A stretch of DNA of 64,000 nucleotides from Octopus sinensis (taxonomy: Eukaryota). The position numbers and the translations under genes are program-made. Positions 1 through 12,746 of the stretch are shown here, one piece after another; the first letter of the stretch is position 1; every line of letters begins with the position of its first letter. Location of the stretch: the NCBI RefSeq assembly GCF_006345805.1, contig NC_043011.1:26424464-26488463 (forward strand), in the 5' to 3' direction. The notes beneath the pieces are model-generated. The model ran no database searches. It saw only the letters and a list, made by a program, of their open reading frames with translations, and was not told the DNA's origin.

Positions 1-469
1 AGAAACGAAAACGTAAAAACAAACATGGAAACGGACCTTTTTTTAACAACGAAAAAACAGAGTACAAAACAAACAACACAAGGAAAATTCCCCTTCATCA
101 GCTGTCCCTAGTACGACTCTATGTGTGTTTCGAAGGTGAGGACAGAACACGACTCGTCGAACTAGCCCTTCCTGCGAAGGAATTAAATAAAATTCCTTTG
201 CAGAGGGGTAAAAACAACGAAAGAAAAAAATGTGACAAAAACAGGACGTAAAAACGATACAAATAAAATTACAAAATAAAATACAAAATAAAAATACAAT
301 TACAAAAAAATACAGTGCAAGAAATAAAAACAAACAATGAAGGCCTTTTTTTGGCCTAGACGAGGAAAGATTTTTAAGAGCGCAGGAAGAAAGCGTGTTC
401 ACTGTTAGGAGGCACGCTCATCAGAGGTATCCGACATGGAAGGGAATATGGCGACTGCTCTCCACTGCC

Positions 470-471
<2 letters not shown>

Positions 472-526
<55 letters not shown>
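472..526. repeat. (AT)n microsatellite; other long tracts at about 1987-2055, 31216-31316, 33220-33320, 53165-53254, 54797-54844 and 60345-60424
   Basis: Direct inspection. Confidence 0.98.
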
Positions 527-532
<6 letters not shown>

Positions 533-689
533 TGTGTATATATGTGTATGTGCGTGTGGGCGTACGCATTTATACATATTATTTGTGCATGCGTGTGTGT
601 GTGTGTAAACATTTCAGTCTGAACAAAGAAAGAAATGATCTTACTCTATACGGAACGTAGAGTTGTATATTTAATAGAGAGCTGTAATT

Positions 690-1330
690 TCACAAATCGT
701 TATTCTGAGTTTTTCGATTCCAATCCTGGAACGATTATGAAAGCTGGAACATAATATTTGGTGTTAATAGAAGCTTTTAGATGAAGGAAATGGTTGATTG
801 GGGAAGAGGTGTATGTAGCAGGGTCAGATTAGAGAAGCTGGATAATGCGATGGAAGGTAACATAGAAAGATAGTATGTTATAAGAAAGGGAACGGGGTTA
901 GTGGCGAGGCGAACAAATAGTAGAGGGAAGGTGCGGTCGGTGTCACGAGCGTGAGTGCGGACAGTTTTGGCTATACCAGAAGGTACTAGTTACACGTGAA
1001 GTAACCGAACATTGAGATTGGATCACAAAGTTACGCTTGTGGCTGCAGTGGCGGCAGAGGTGAAGGAATTGAGAGTAGTGGGTGTCACGTTTCGCGGTTG
1101 GGAGATAAAGTGTAATCGAGAGATATCTATAAACTTGATGGAAGCAGTGGAGACGGAGATGGAGGAAATTAATTCTAAAGTAAAGTGGAAGGAGTTGACA
1201 GAAGTGATGAGTTTTGAACGGTTCGAGGGTGAGAGAGGTAGTGCCGATACTATTGTCGACATAACGACCGTATAGCTCTGACTTGGAACCAGTGAACTTG
1301 GAGAGATTTTGGGCCTCAACATGAACATGG
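690..1330 (-). mobile_element. Decayed Penelope-like reverse transcriptase C-terminal fragment
   Basis: Translations ITSVNSFHFTLEL..STASIKFIDIS, VPFLITY and L*SDPAT resemble PLE RT/thumb motifs (NSFHP.L.FT..FLD; IPLVLTYHP); stops and frameshifts present. Confidence 0.5.
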
Positions 1331-1507
1331 AGAAAGGAAACTGGTCACAAGGTTGATTTTCATTACAAAGGTACAGAACATTAACATTCGTCTCCTGATC
1401 TTTTTTGTCTTACCTCATTACCACAAATGTTTGTTGCCACAGAACAAGAAACTCTGATTAAGACCAACAAGGCGTCACTCATGTACCGCCTAAAGACGGC
1501 AGAGGAA

Positions 1508-1579
1508 ACAAGAATTGTAGACTTAATAGCCACAAGAATTGTAGACTTAATAGCCACAAGATTTGTAGACTTAATAGCC
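1508..1579. repeat. Minisatellite, 24 bp x 3
   Basis: acaagaattgtagacttaatagcc three times, one substitution. Confidence 0.95.
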
Positions 1580-1630
1580 AAATTGAAATTAAGCTTTAAA
1601 ATGGTTCCTGCACACACACACAATTGAGAT

Positions 1631-1754
1631 ACAAGAATAATAATGGAGAAAATTACATCTTTAATTGGTGATTACACTATACATTAACGTATCTACGGGA
1701 ATATATTGTGTAATCACCAATTAAAGATGTGATTTTCTCCGTTCTTATTCTTGT
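1631..1754. repeat. Inverted repeat: 47-bp arms, 30-nt spacer, 3 mismatches
   Basis: 1631-1677 versus 1708-1754. Confidence 0.9.
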
Positions 1755-1951
1755 TGTCTTATATTCCGAATTTCTTAAAATTCTTCATAAGCGATATTTG
1801 GATTTACTTGTCGTACATGAAGAATTACTTTGGATGTTTATTCTGCTTGCATTTATTGGGATCTGATTGCTTCGATATATAGTTAACCAAATTCGTTTAA
1901 CATTGAGTGTGCTTTGTAGATATCTCCCTGGATTTACTAATCCCTTTTACT

Positions 1952-2437
<486 letters not shown>

Positions 2438-2438
2438 T

Positions 2439-2472
<34 letters not shown>

Positions 2473-4106
2473 ATATATATATATATATATTTAATTCGCA
2501 CACCTTCGATGTGGCTATTTTCTTTTTTTCCAGAATCACCTCAACGAACATGACTTGAACATAGCTTCGACTGAGGATGGTTTATCGCCAGAGTTTCGTA
2601 TTTCATAAATGGCTTTGCTGACATATCATTTCCAGATGTTTCCTACGCAAAGGCTCTTAAGATTCGTTTCTTTGTTGTTTTACTTTTTCCTCCCCCCCCC
2701 CACCCTAACCGCTAACAATAATCTCTGTATTCACAAACTTCATTGAATATATAAACATAACGATGACCTACTTTCTCGGATGACACGCCTGTCTTTCCTT
2801 GTTTCTTTTAGCTGTTCTTGTTGTTTAACCCTGGTTTAGCTCTGCTCAAGCAGACAGACATATCCTCAAAGGTATTTTTGTGATTGGAACCAGGATCACA
2901 TTATCCACTGTGTTCTATTTTTCTAAGACGATAAAATATGATTTGAGGGAGATTTTGCAACCACTTTAAGCAAATCGAGTGACCACATAAAAAAAGTTCT
3001 TCGCTACAGCTTCAGAACTAAGCCAAAACCAATTCGTCTTATTCACTCTCCTAAAACATAAAGGAGTTGCACAAATGAAGAGAAGCATATTTTCTAATGC
3101 CTCTTTCGTTAAAATGTAAGGGTTTTCTTTTTCTAGTTATTTAAACAGAATTGAAATACATCAATATTGTCACAGAAAGCATCAATTAGAATCTTTGATA
3201 GAATTTTTATAAGGTTTCCAGCGTGGTCATAATGTTATGACGTTAGCTTCAATATAATGCAACTCTAGATTCAATCCCACTGCGAAGCAACTTAGACAAG
3301 TATCTTCTGTCAAACCTCTCTGATAGACCATATCTATCGTTGGGTTGTGTTTTCAGGCAGTTCTAATTTAAGTTCTTTTGGGTAGTCCTAGCACTTATCT
3401 TGCTTGGATCCCCCAAGATCAGAGAAAAGGTTAAGTGAGATTAGAACAGATCAGATCAAATATGATTTGCTACTAGTAATTACATTGTGTCGTTTCGTTA
3501 ACAATTTACGAACAAACAAGAGCACCTCTTCGTGTCACTCGACCTGCTAGAAATCAGTACTAAATTCCTCCCAAATCGCCTCCTATTGTTTTTAAAAGAA
3601 CTCAGTATGTAAACCATACTGTTTTGTATTTGGGGCGTCGCAGAATAAACCAGCAACACCCCTTTAGGATCTTACTCGGTGTATGGATGCAGGATGACTG
3701 GAAACTTTGACATAGCAAACGAAAAAAACTGTAATACTTGTCTACAAAGGCAGATAACTCAACAAGGTATCAACGACTACTTACCATACCAGCCGTATTT
3801 TCCATGAACCAAGAAGCAACTCTCAACATAGTCATTCAGCCTTTTAGAAATCGTGTCAAACCTTCCCTAAATCACATTCTCCTCGCCTCACCCCCAAAAT
3901 AGAACAAATGGTATAAACTGCATGCTGTGTTTATTAAATTTATTCATCAACCCTTTAGCATTCAAATTATTCTATCAAATATAATATTAAAGGGTTAAAC
4001 AAATATGAGCTAAAAGAAATTATTCGAAGTAGCCAGTAGCATGTATATAAATAACACAGGCAAATACAATAATATTGAATATCATACAACATAAATTCTT
4101 GATGTA

Positions 4107-4620
4107 CAGTGATCCCTCGCTACTTCGCGGTTCAACTATCGCAGATTCACGACTTCGCAGATTTTTAAAATATATATGAACGCCTAAAATTTTTCATTAA
4201 AACCATTAAAATATTAATAATAAATATTATTTCCAAGTCTAAGAACAACAAAACAAGCGTAAAATAGCCAAAAAGCATATGCAGGGGTATTTGAACTTAA
4301 GATGGGATGCGATTGGTGCGGTGGAGAGAGACGACGAATCAAGCTTTCTATTTTGTAATCTGGCCTGTGATTGGTGCTTTGACCGATGCTCAGATCCGTA
4401 GCATCTTCACTTGTCTCTCTCTTGTGGCCATTTCGCTTCAAGCTTTCTCGCCGAGTGGTTTACTGTACTACTTTACGCTGAGCTGTGTGTGATTTTTTTT
4501 TTTTTTTTTTGCGTTAAACTTTGCGTTTTCATCCCCTGCAATAGCTCCCAAGCTTCTTTCGTGTTGAGTACAGTAACAATCTTTATTATTTTTTAAATTT
4601 AACGTGTTATTGCTTAACAG
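4107..4620 (+). mobile_element. Tigger/pogo-like non-autonomous fragment
   Basis: TA-CAGTGATCCCTCGCTACTTCGCGG terminus typical of Tigger-type TIRs; no matching right TIR found. Confidence 0.45.
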
Positions 4621-4823
4621 TTGTCCTTGTAATTAATAGACTACTGTGTCAATGGCATGCCAACTTTGGAGAATTCTTGATTCTGAAGATTATTTCCCCT
4701 TCTCATATGGAGCTGGTCTCAATCACCATTTGGTGCTATGACACATCCTATTAAGGTGGAGATAATTTTAATAGATCAAGAATTTATGTTATATGGTATT
4801 TGATATACCTGCATATATATATA

Positions 4824-6266
4824 TAGGGAGAATTCACAAAAAAAAAACAAAAGACAAAGACAGGTGGTGTAGACAACAAACAGATGTGTTAGTTTAACAC
4901 TCGGGAAGTGAAAAAGTCTTTAACGTTTCGAGCCGACGCTCTTCCACAGAAAGGAATACAGAAAGAAACAAAGAGAGAAAATAAAGAATGTGTAGTGGCT
5001 AGCGATCTATCATGGCGAATGCCTGACAGAGTGGTCACACAGGAGAGCTAAGCAGAAGGGGAAATAATAAAGTAGTGGTGATCCCAAAATGAAAGTGCGC
5101 GTGCGTGTGTATAAGAGAGTATTATGTGCGTGTACAAGAGGGCTGGTGACCTTGGCGTGTGCGTGTGTGTATGTGTAGGTGTGTGGATGATGGTGTGGGG
5201 CTGGGAAGAGGTCAGTGCTAGTGTGTGCGTTGTGGTGTGATGTGATATGGTGTTGTGTGGCATGGTGGTGTGATAGTGTTGGGATGTGGGAGGCGAGAGT
5301 GGGGAAAGCAAGAGTGGGTATAGGTTAGGCTGGGGTGGGGGTAGAGGTGGGGTATGTGGGTTAGGCTGAAGGTGAGGGTAGAGGTGGAGTATGTGGGAGT
5401 TGGTGTAAGGGATGGAGTGGGGTGGGATGGGATGGATAGGGAAAGTGGGTTTGATTGTGTGGGGGTGGAGTTATGAGGGAGGGGTGACGATGAAGGGAGA
5501 AGGTATGTATGCTTCAAGAGAAGAGAGGGGAGTAGGAGTGAAGAAAAGTAGGAGTCGGAGCAAGAGAGGTGAGGTGCGTGGGAGGAAGTAGGTGTGAGAG
5601 AAGGAGGAGGGGGAAGGAGAGTTGAGCCCATATGACGCAAAGGAGCGAAGAGAGATTAATCTCTGTTCACGGCGCAAACGGGAGTCCAAATGGCCCCTGT
5701 GCAAGGATAATCCGAACACAGACAGGTGTTGCAAACTTGAGCGGTAGAGCGGAAATGGCGCGAGACCGGAGTGTCATTGCCAAGTAGAATGTTTCGGAGG
5801 TGTTCCACGAACCGGTCAGCCAAGTGGCGTCCCGTTTGCCCGATGTATAAAGGAGGGCAGAGAGAGCAGGAGATGCAGTAGATGAGATTGGTAGAAGTGC
5901 AGGTGAAGGAGTCGGTGATATGATAGGGTCGATGATAGGTGCCGGTGAGGAGGGTGATATTGGAGAGGTAAGGACAAGTGCGGCAGCGTGGGTGGAAGCA
6001 GGGGAACGAGCCAGGCTGGGAAGTTGAGTTAGGGAAGAAACTGTGGACCAAGAGGTCTCGTTTGAAGTAGGGGAGGGGTCGATTAGGGAAGACGTGCCAA
6101 GTGGAAGGGTCGGACAGAAGAAGGAGGTCTCAAAGATGGCAGAGAGCTTCTGCCATGTAGAGGTCCGCGCACCACACCACCATGCTCCCACTCTTGTTGA
6201 CCAGGGGACACCTGGAAAAGTTAAACAGCTCCACAGTGCGCTGGTAGGTAGCTGCAAAAAGATTGA
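4824..6266 (-). mobile_element. 5'-truncated Penelope-like retroelement: GIY-YIG endonuclease remnant plus 3' tail with hammerhead, between (AT)n tracts
   Basis: ORF 5656..6051 has CRTC...LIYCISCSLCPPLYIGQTGRHLADRFVEHLR...PVSRHF (GIY-YIG with Cys insert) and continues after a frameshift in 5471..5734 (RLRREQRLI); (AT)n at both ends. Confidence 0.85.
4918..4953 (-). ncRNA. Minimal type-I hammerhead-like fold (variant core)
   Basis: Minus strand CTTT-CTGTGGA-A-GAGC(gtcg)GCTC-GAA-ACGT-T-AAAG: stem I 4 bp, stem II 4 bp, palindromic stem III; core A6 changed to U. Confidence 0.55.
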
Positions 6267-7086
6267 CTATATATATATATATATACATACATACACACAT
6301 TAGTTATACAAGATGATGGCCATATTTTACCAATTAAACATGCATTATATATTTGGTATTCAGCTTTATTCTTATTCTTTTAGTATCTTCGTCACACATC
6401 ATGTGACCTCTTCAGTGACTTTCTATCCCATGTGTCTCCTCTTGTTCTGCCTATTCTGCTGAAGTGGCCCTCGTGCCAGTGGCACATAAAAGCACCCACT
6501 ACACTCTCTGAGTGGTTGGCAATAGGAAGGGCATCCAGCTGTAGAAACTCTGCCAGATCAGATTGGAGCCTGGTGCAGCCATCTGGTTCGCCAGACCTCA
6601 GTCAAATCGTCCAACCCATGCTAGCATGGAAAGTGGACATTAAACGATAATGATGATGATGAAGGACATTGGGTTATAAAACAATGTCTCAGTATTACAT
6701 ACTCATCCAACCCATAATAGAATGCAAAACTAGAAATCTGGCACTATGATGATGAGGGTTCCAGTTGATCTGATCAACAGAACCTGCTTGTGAAATTGAC
6801 ATGCAAGTGGCTGAGCACTCTACAGGCATGTGTGCCCTTAATGTAGTTCTCAGGGAAATTCAGCATGGCACAGAATGAGATAAGGCTGGCCCTTTGAAAT
6901 ACAGGTAGTACTCATTTCTACCAGCTAAATGGATCGGAGCAACATGAAATAAAGTGTCTGGCTCAAGGACACAATGTGCGGCCAGGATTCAAACTCACAG
7001 CCTTACAATCAGGGAGCCAAATACCCTAACCACTAAACCATACACTTTCACACTAGCATACAAAAATGAGCATTAAATGAACAATG

Positions 7087-7342
7087 TGGACTGTGGAGTC
7101 AGAAACAATTAAAGGAGAGCTGGAGTCCGAGGCAGAGTCGGTAAAACTATACTGACTGACTCACAATATCTTTATCCTTTAATATAAACCAATTATAACA
7201 TATAAGCCTACTCAACGTACAAGTGTATGCATATGCTTTCTGAGATATGTAGACCACAATCACTTAAAGAGGAGTCAGAGTTGGAGGTGCCAATAGTACA
7301 GGAGTTGGAGTCAAAGTTTTTTGTTTGGACTCCACAGCCCTG
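7087..7342. mobile_element. hAT-like MITE with internal ggagtc repeats
   Basis: ggactgtggagtc ... gactccacagccctg inverted termini; left end eroded. Confidence 0.5.
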
Positions 7343-7672
7343 GCTATTACAAAATGTAAGTGTATGTATTTTTTTAAATTGCTGTCATAACTGTACCAAG
7401 ATATAAAATGTGTTTTGAATGGCTGTCATGATTCTAACATGATGTTAACTATCTCTGTTGACTCACTTGCCCACACAACTCCACAACTACCACAACCTCC
7501 TAGTAAAATCCACTCAGATGCATGAATTCACAACTGCCCTCAGTTCTGAATGGGTCAGGGATGATTCACCTTCCTCCCAAATTACTCATAATCCAAAATA
7601 TTAAAAAATAATTACAAAGAAAGGAAGCAACAAAAATAAAAACAAACAAATCAGGATTATTTTTTTTGTATA

Positions 7673-7678
7673 TTTATT
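7673..7678 (-). terminator. Candidate AATAAA polyadenylation signal for ATP5PB
   Basis: tttatt on plus strand, about 140 nt past the stop; AT-rich context makes chance occurrence likely. Confidence 0.4.
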
Positions 7679-7819
7679 ATCATTACATCTCTAATTTCGT
7701 TTTTTGATAGAAAATCTTCTGTAGACAAACAAGTCTGGTGACCAGAGAATCTACTTAACCTAATCACTCCCACCCCCAATTGCAGTAACTTCGCTGGTAA
7801 CATCCACTAATTGACAAGT

Positions 7820-7876
7820 TTAAGCAGCAGCTAAAGTCTTCAGCTCTGCAATACATTTCTTGATGCTCTCTTTTTC
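7820..7876 (-). CDS. ATP5PB: ATP synthase subunit b, last coding exon (EKESIKKCIAELKTLAAA-stop)
   Basis: Matches the recalled EKETIAKCIADLK; acceptor ctgttattttag; TAA at 7822-7820. Joined CDS is 801 nt = 266 aa plus stop. Confidence 0.93.
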   Translation of the reverse strand, partial: EKESIKKCIAELKTLAAA

Positions 7877-8086
7877 CTAAAATAACAGAAAAGATAATCA
7901 TAATAAATAAATATAAAATCAAGACAGAAACGAACACACACACAATATGAATAGTTGCAGGCATATAAGATAAAGTAATATGCTGCGTCCAAGGAAGAGA
8001 ACTCTTTCATACATGTTCACTTTTTTTATATATTTTATTCTTCTGCGTATTTCTCATATGAATTTATGTACAGGTACCCACCAACA

Positions 8087-8431
8087 GTGAAGGCGCATGG
8101 CTCAGTGGTTAGAGCGTCGAGCTTACGATCGTGAGGTTGTGAGTTCGAATCCCGGACCGGGCTGCGTGTTGTGTTCTTGAGCAAGACACTTTATTTCACG
8201 TTGCTCCAGTTCACTCAGCTCTAGAAATGAGTTGCGACGTCACAGGTGCCAAGCTGTATCAGCCTTTGCCTTTCCCTTGGATAACACTGGTGCCGTGGAG
8301 AGGGGAGGCTGGTATGCATGGGCGACTGCTGGCCTTCCATAAACAACCTTGCCCAGACTTGTACCTTGGAGGGTAACTTTCTAGGTGCAAACCCATGGTC
8401 AGTGTCATGACCGAAGTGGGTCACAACAACA
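8087..8431 (+). mobile_element. Full-length tRNA-headed SINE with TSD
   Basis: A-box tggctcagtgg, B-box gttcgaatcc, (aac)n tail, exact 11-bp TSD acccaccaaca (8076-8086 and 8432-8442). Confidence 0.85.
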
Positions 8432-9439
8432 ACCCACCAACACACCACCAGTGAACAGAAAAAATAGTTTTCACTGTTATATTTTTATTATTTGCTCATC
8501 ATACATTAAATTTTACTCTATCATTTCAATCATGAAACAATAGCATTATGTGTATTTAAAAAACCAGCAATTTTGATGAGAGAGGACAGTCATTTACACC
8601 AACCCCAGTACTTGACTGGTACTTTATTTTACTGACCCTCAAAAGTGAAAGGCTAGCTCCATGGTTCAAACTGTACATTCTAATCTTGTTCCATTACATA
8701 TATATATTATTACCAACAAAATACAACAAAGTACCACGCAGTGGGACTGAACCTAACACCAAGTGGTTGGAAAGTAAATTTATTAACCACATTGCCACAC
8801 CTGCACTTACACACACATATATAGGCATGGCTGTGTGGTAAGAAGTTAGCTCCCCAACCACATGGTTCTGGGTTCAGTCCCACTAGATGACACATTGGGC
8901 AAGTGCCTTCTACAATAGCCTCAGGCCAACCAAAGCCTTGTGAATAGATTTGGAAGCCGGAAACTGAAAGAAGTCCATCGTGTGTGTGTGTCTCACTGCT
9001 ACTTGACAACTGGTGATGGTTTGTTTATGTCCCCATAACTTAGTGATTTGGCAAAACAGACCAATAGAATAAGTACCAGGCTTAAAAAAATAAGTACTGG
9101 AGTCGATTCGTTTGAAAATTCTTCAAAGCAGTGTTCCAGCGTGACCGGTCTAATGACTGAAGTAAGTATAACATAAAACATGCACGACAGGCTTCTACAC
9201 AGTTTCTGGCTGCCAAAATTTACTCAGAAGGCATTGGTCAAGCTAAGAAGATACTTACCCAAAAGACCATATAATGCAACTAATTCCAAAACTACTTAGT
9301 TGTAAATTTCTTAACCACATAGCCATGCCCATACCTTTATTAATTTATCAGGATTCTTCCGAATTACTAAATCACTAAAAGACAATCCCTCATCGAAATA
9401 GCAATATATGAAACATTAAGATGTTGTTCTGTATGTGAT

Positions 9440-10057
9440 TATGCTTCAACAATTATAACTTTGATTCACGGTGCCAAGGGCAATAACTAATAATTCTTGC
9501 TGTAGATATAAATTGAGTATTTCGCAATCATTTTTTACCTGTGGACCCTTTTGATTCCTATTTCTACTCAAGTGGACTCTCCTGGCCATTCGATGTTTAA
9601 AAAATCTTATATTCTTACAATTAAACATTATCAGGAATTGTATAATAATAATTATACAATTCCTACATGAATACAGCCATCATCAATCAACGCCAAAGTG
9701 TCAACTTCGTCAAATGCAACTAAACATAAGGGGCCCTTATCGATGGGAGAAATCAAGCAGTAAATCTGTTCCGTCATCATCAGACAAGGTAGATAATGAT
9801 GATCGTGATGCTCCAGATAGCTCAAAAGAAAGTGCAACTAGCTTTGGATGGAAAAAGTGCAGCAATTTTTCTCCAATCGTACATTTGTATAACAACAATG
9901 CAGGAAAACTCAAACGAATTTATGCTCACACCATAGTTCTTGTACTAATATTAAGTGAAAATAAGTATAAAAATTACCCTTAAGAAAAAGAAATATGCTT
10001 TGGTTTTGCCTGTTTGGCACAGATTCGTTTGACCCTTTCTTGCCATTTAAGGGTTAA
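9440..10057 (-). mobile_element. Possible decayed piggyBac 5' end
   Basis: TTAA-CCCT terminus at 10057-10050 on minus, acidic LSDDDGTD and ESPLE remnants; heavily mutated. Confidence 0.3.
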
Positions 10058-10316
10058 GTACCATATTACTAGTATTAAGTTGCACTCATGCCTATGTTAC
10101 ACCCCTAATATACGAGGTACATTCAAAAATTATCTAATGTTACAAGGGCAAAATCCTTTGGGTGGAATGTGATACCATTCTTCCTACACATGCATGAAAA
10201 ATTTTCACACCAGTGGAACCATTCAGTTCCCAGCTGTTATACCTAGAGTACAGATGTATAGTGTAGGCTCACTGGATTTTCGTTTTCACCAAACACTTCA
10301 AGCAGAGAAAGTTTTA

Positions 10317-10870
10317 GTTGTGATACCCGTGCTGGTGGCACGTTGGACCTCACAAAGGCAATGACGAAAGACCGAGACCTCTGAGATATGTTGTGACTGC
10401 GAAGACCCGACAAATGAAGTGAGTTCATGGCTTGCAGGACGGCCTGCTGTGCTAACCTTGGATCGTAGGGTGACCCGCTGTGCTTGAGGAGACCTATTGA
10501 GTCAAGTACATCAACATCAACATAAAAATCAAAGGGAAATTGTAGTTGTGATACCCGTGCCAGTGGCACATAAAAAGCACCATCCGAACGTAGCCGATGC
10601 CAGCACCACCAGACTGGCGTCCGTGTCAGTGAAACGTAAAAAGCACCAACCAATCGAGGCTGTTTGCCAGCCTTCTCTGGCCCGTACTGGTGGCACGTAA
10701 AAAGCACCCACTACACTCACAGAGTGGTTGGTGTTTGGAAGACCATCCAGCTATAGAAACACTGCCAGATCAGACTGGAGCCTGGCGTAGCCTCCTGACT
10801 TCCCAGACCCCGGTCGAACTGTCCAACCCATGCTAGCATGGAAAACAGACGTTAAACGATGATGATGATG
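10317..10870 (+). mobile_element. RTE-tail-type retroposon ending in (atg)n; shorter copies at about 6470-6662, 13300-13480, 16201-16372, 36740-36910 (plus) and 34860-35075, 35603-35900, 41640-41850, 45835-46020, 59095-59280 (minus)
   Basis: Shared gtggcacgtaaaaagcacc...ggaagggcatccagctgtagaaac...ccaacccatgctagcatggaaaacggacgttaaacgatgatgatg. Confidence 0.85.
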
Positions 10871-11145
10871 TGCAGGAGGATGGCATCACCTTCCACCAAA
10901 AAGATTGTGCCCAAATGGCATTAGATTTGGTGAGGAAAAAATAAAAGATTGATACTTTTTGAACACACCTCACATTAAATCTGGTTACAAAATTTTTCCT
11001 TTCATAATTTGAGCTTTGCTCTATATAAGGAGCACCTTGATTTTTGCAGTTAAAATTTTAAGTATAAATGTGACACATACATAAGCAAATATGGTAATTT
11101 GAGTTAAGTGATAAATAAGACAAGACATCTAGATAGACAACATAC

Positions 11146-11247
11146 CTGTTGAGGGGTTATGCTCTTCACTACACTGCTAACAATCCAGTTCACCATGTGT
11201 TCTTGTTCAAACCTGCGCTTAGTATTCTCAACAGCTACATGATAATC
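11146..11247 (-). CDS. ATP5PB: ATP synthase subunit b, coding exon 7 ([34 protein letters not shown])
   Basis: EQEHMVNW motif; acceptor ttgtttttcag, donor gtatgt; 102 nt. Confidence 0.95.
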
Positions 11248-11639
11248 CTGAAAAACAAAATAAAATAAATAATAGATGCAAGCATGGCTGTGTGGTAAGA
11301 AACTTGCTTCTTAACTACATGGTTCGAGAACACGTTGGGCAAGTGTCTTTTACTAGAGTCTTGGACCAATCAACGTTTTGTGAGTGAATTTGGTAGACAG
11401 AAACTGAAAGCAGCTCTGTGTGTGTATGTGTGTCCTACCACTGCTTGACAAATGGTGTTGGTTTGTCTGTGCATGTGTGTGAGAGAGTGCAAAAGAGAAA
11501 AAAAAGGGAGATAAAAGGAGGGAGTGTGAGGAATGCACAAAGCTACAAATTTTGGGAAGAAGATTACATTACCACAGTACATTACTACTACTACTACTAG
11601 CAGTAGTAGTAGTAGTAGTAGTAGCAAACGATTATAATT

Positions 11640-11880
11640 TTGTGCAGTCGTGAACTTAGAGGCAAAGAAGCAATACCAACTTTGCAATGAAGTTAAAAGA
11701 CATTACAAAAGTCAAGAAATGTCTATCATTCCATTTGTAATAGGTTTAAGTAGAATGATGCCCAGCCACTTCAGTAAATACAGTGACAAATTTTCTCTAA
11801 GGATAGAACATAGACCAGAACTAGAGAACAGCAATAAGTTTAAATACTGTCAGAGCATTTATTTGTTAGCAATAGATGTT
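11640..11880 (+). mobile_element. R4/Dong-type restriction-like endonuclease tail fragment
   Basis: AKKQYQLCNEVKRHYKSQEMSIIPFVIGL resembles the K..KY..L..E......IIP.VIG motif. Confidence 0.45.
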
Positions 11881-12668
11881 TGAATTTTTCCTCGCCCCTT
11901 TCAAGCCTAGCCAGGTTCATGGGCTTGGTTTCCCGGTTTCTGTGGCATATGTGTTCCCCCCCAGCTGGACGGGACGCCAGTCCATTGCTTTGTTACTCAA
12001 GAAACAGGAAGAGAGAGTGAGAGAAAGTTGTGGCGAAAGAGTACAACAGGGGTTGCCACCACCCCCTGCCAGAGCCTCATGGAGCTTTTAGGTGTTTTCG
12101 TTCAATAAGCACACACAACGCCTGGTCTGGGAATCGAAACTATGATCCTCCGGCCAAGAGTCCGCTGCCCTAACCACTGGGCCATTGTGCCTCCACAAAT
12201 ATTTGAATGGCGGTGTTAAAATTGTTAGTTTTGTGATTTGTGGAGGGGAATTGTTGATGTATCACAAATCATGAATAAGGTGTGTATGTCTGTGCGTGAA
12301 AGTGTGTGTGCGCATGTATGTCCCCGTGTGCATGTATAACTGTATGTGTGTACATCTGCATATAAGCATGTGTTTGTCATGTGTGTGTGTATATGTGTAT
12401 ATGTGTGTACTGTATGCCCACGTGAATGTATGTGTATCCATATGCATGTGCTTGCATATGTCTGCAAATGTGTGTGTGAGTGTATGTGCATGCATGTGTG
12501 TGTCTGTGTCTGAGTGTGTATAAAAGGGAGAGAAACTATGTATCCATGTTTGAGCATGGATACATGATATATTACAATTATGCAACATATGAGTGTGTTT
12601 TACTTTGTGTGTGCACACATACACACATATGTATGGAAATGTATGCCTGTAAAGTATTTCAACATTAC

Positions 12669-12746
12669 CAATCGACTCTTCACATCTGTGTAGACTTTGT
12701 TTAATCTTTTGCGATAAGCTGATTCAAGCTGAAGACCAACATTTTC
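12669..12746 (-). CDS. ATP5PB: ATP synthase subunit b, coding exon 6 (ENVGLQLESAYRKRLNKVYTDVKSRL)
   Basis: Matches the recalled human NNIAMALEVTYRERLYRVYKEVKNRL; acceptor tgtctgcag, donor gtaatg; 78 nt. Confidence 0.95.

Noticed and set aside
81-160. Minus-strand CTGATGA and GAAA with complementary segments (ctgtcc/ggacag, acac/gtgt)
   Set aside because: Segment order is not a valid circular permutation of a hammerhead.
388-428. CTGATGA followed by a GCGTG/CACGC stem on minus (similar layout at 22247-22280)
   Set aside because: Stem is followed by TTTC, not GAAA.
374-660. ORFs full of YIYI, THTH, CVCV, FFFF or LLLL (also at about 1.9-2.3, 12.2-12.7, 16.2-16.7, 26.3-26.6, 31.2-31.4, 32.1-32.6, 55.1-55.6, 61.8-62.3 and 62.7-63.2 kb)
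   Set aside because: Stop-free translations of microsatellites or SINEs; no coding evidence.
1508-1579. Short direct-repeat arrays here and at 28961-29081 as possible CRISPR
   Set aside because: No unique spacers, no cas genes, eukaryotic context.
2560-2600. CTGAGGA-TGG...CCA hammerhead-like start
   Set aside because: No GAAA, stem III or stem I.
6370-6420. Minus-strand CTGAAGA-gtcac...gtgac-GAAG
   Set aside because: Core altered and stems I and III do not pair; at most a dead remnant.
8087-8165. tRNA-like sequence with A and B boxes (also at 12120-12196, 19520-19597, 30020-30100 and 56360-56440)
   Set aside because: No proper acceptor stem or cloverleaf; continues into a repeat body, with a TSD in the 8.1-kb copy, so these are SINE heads.
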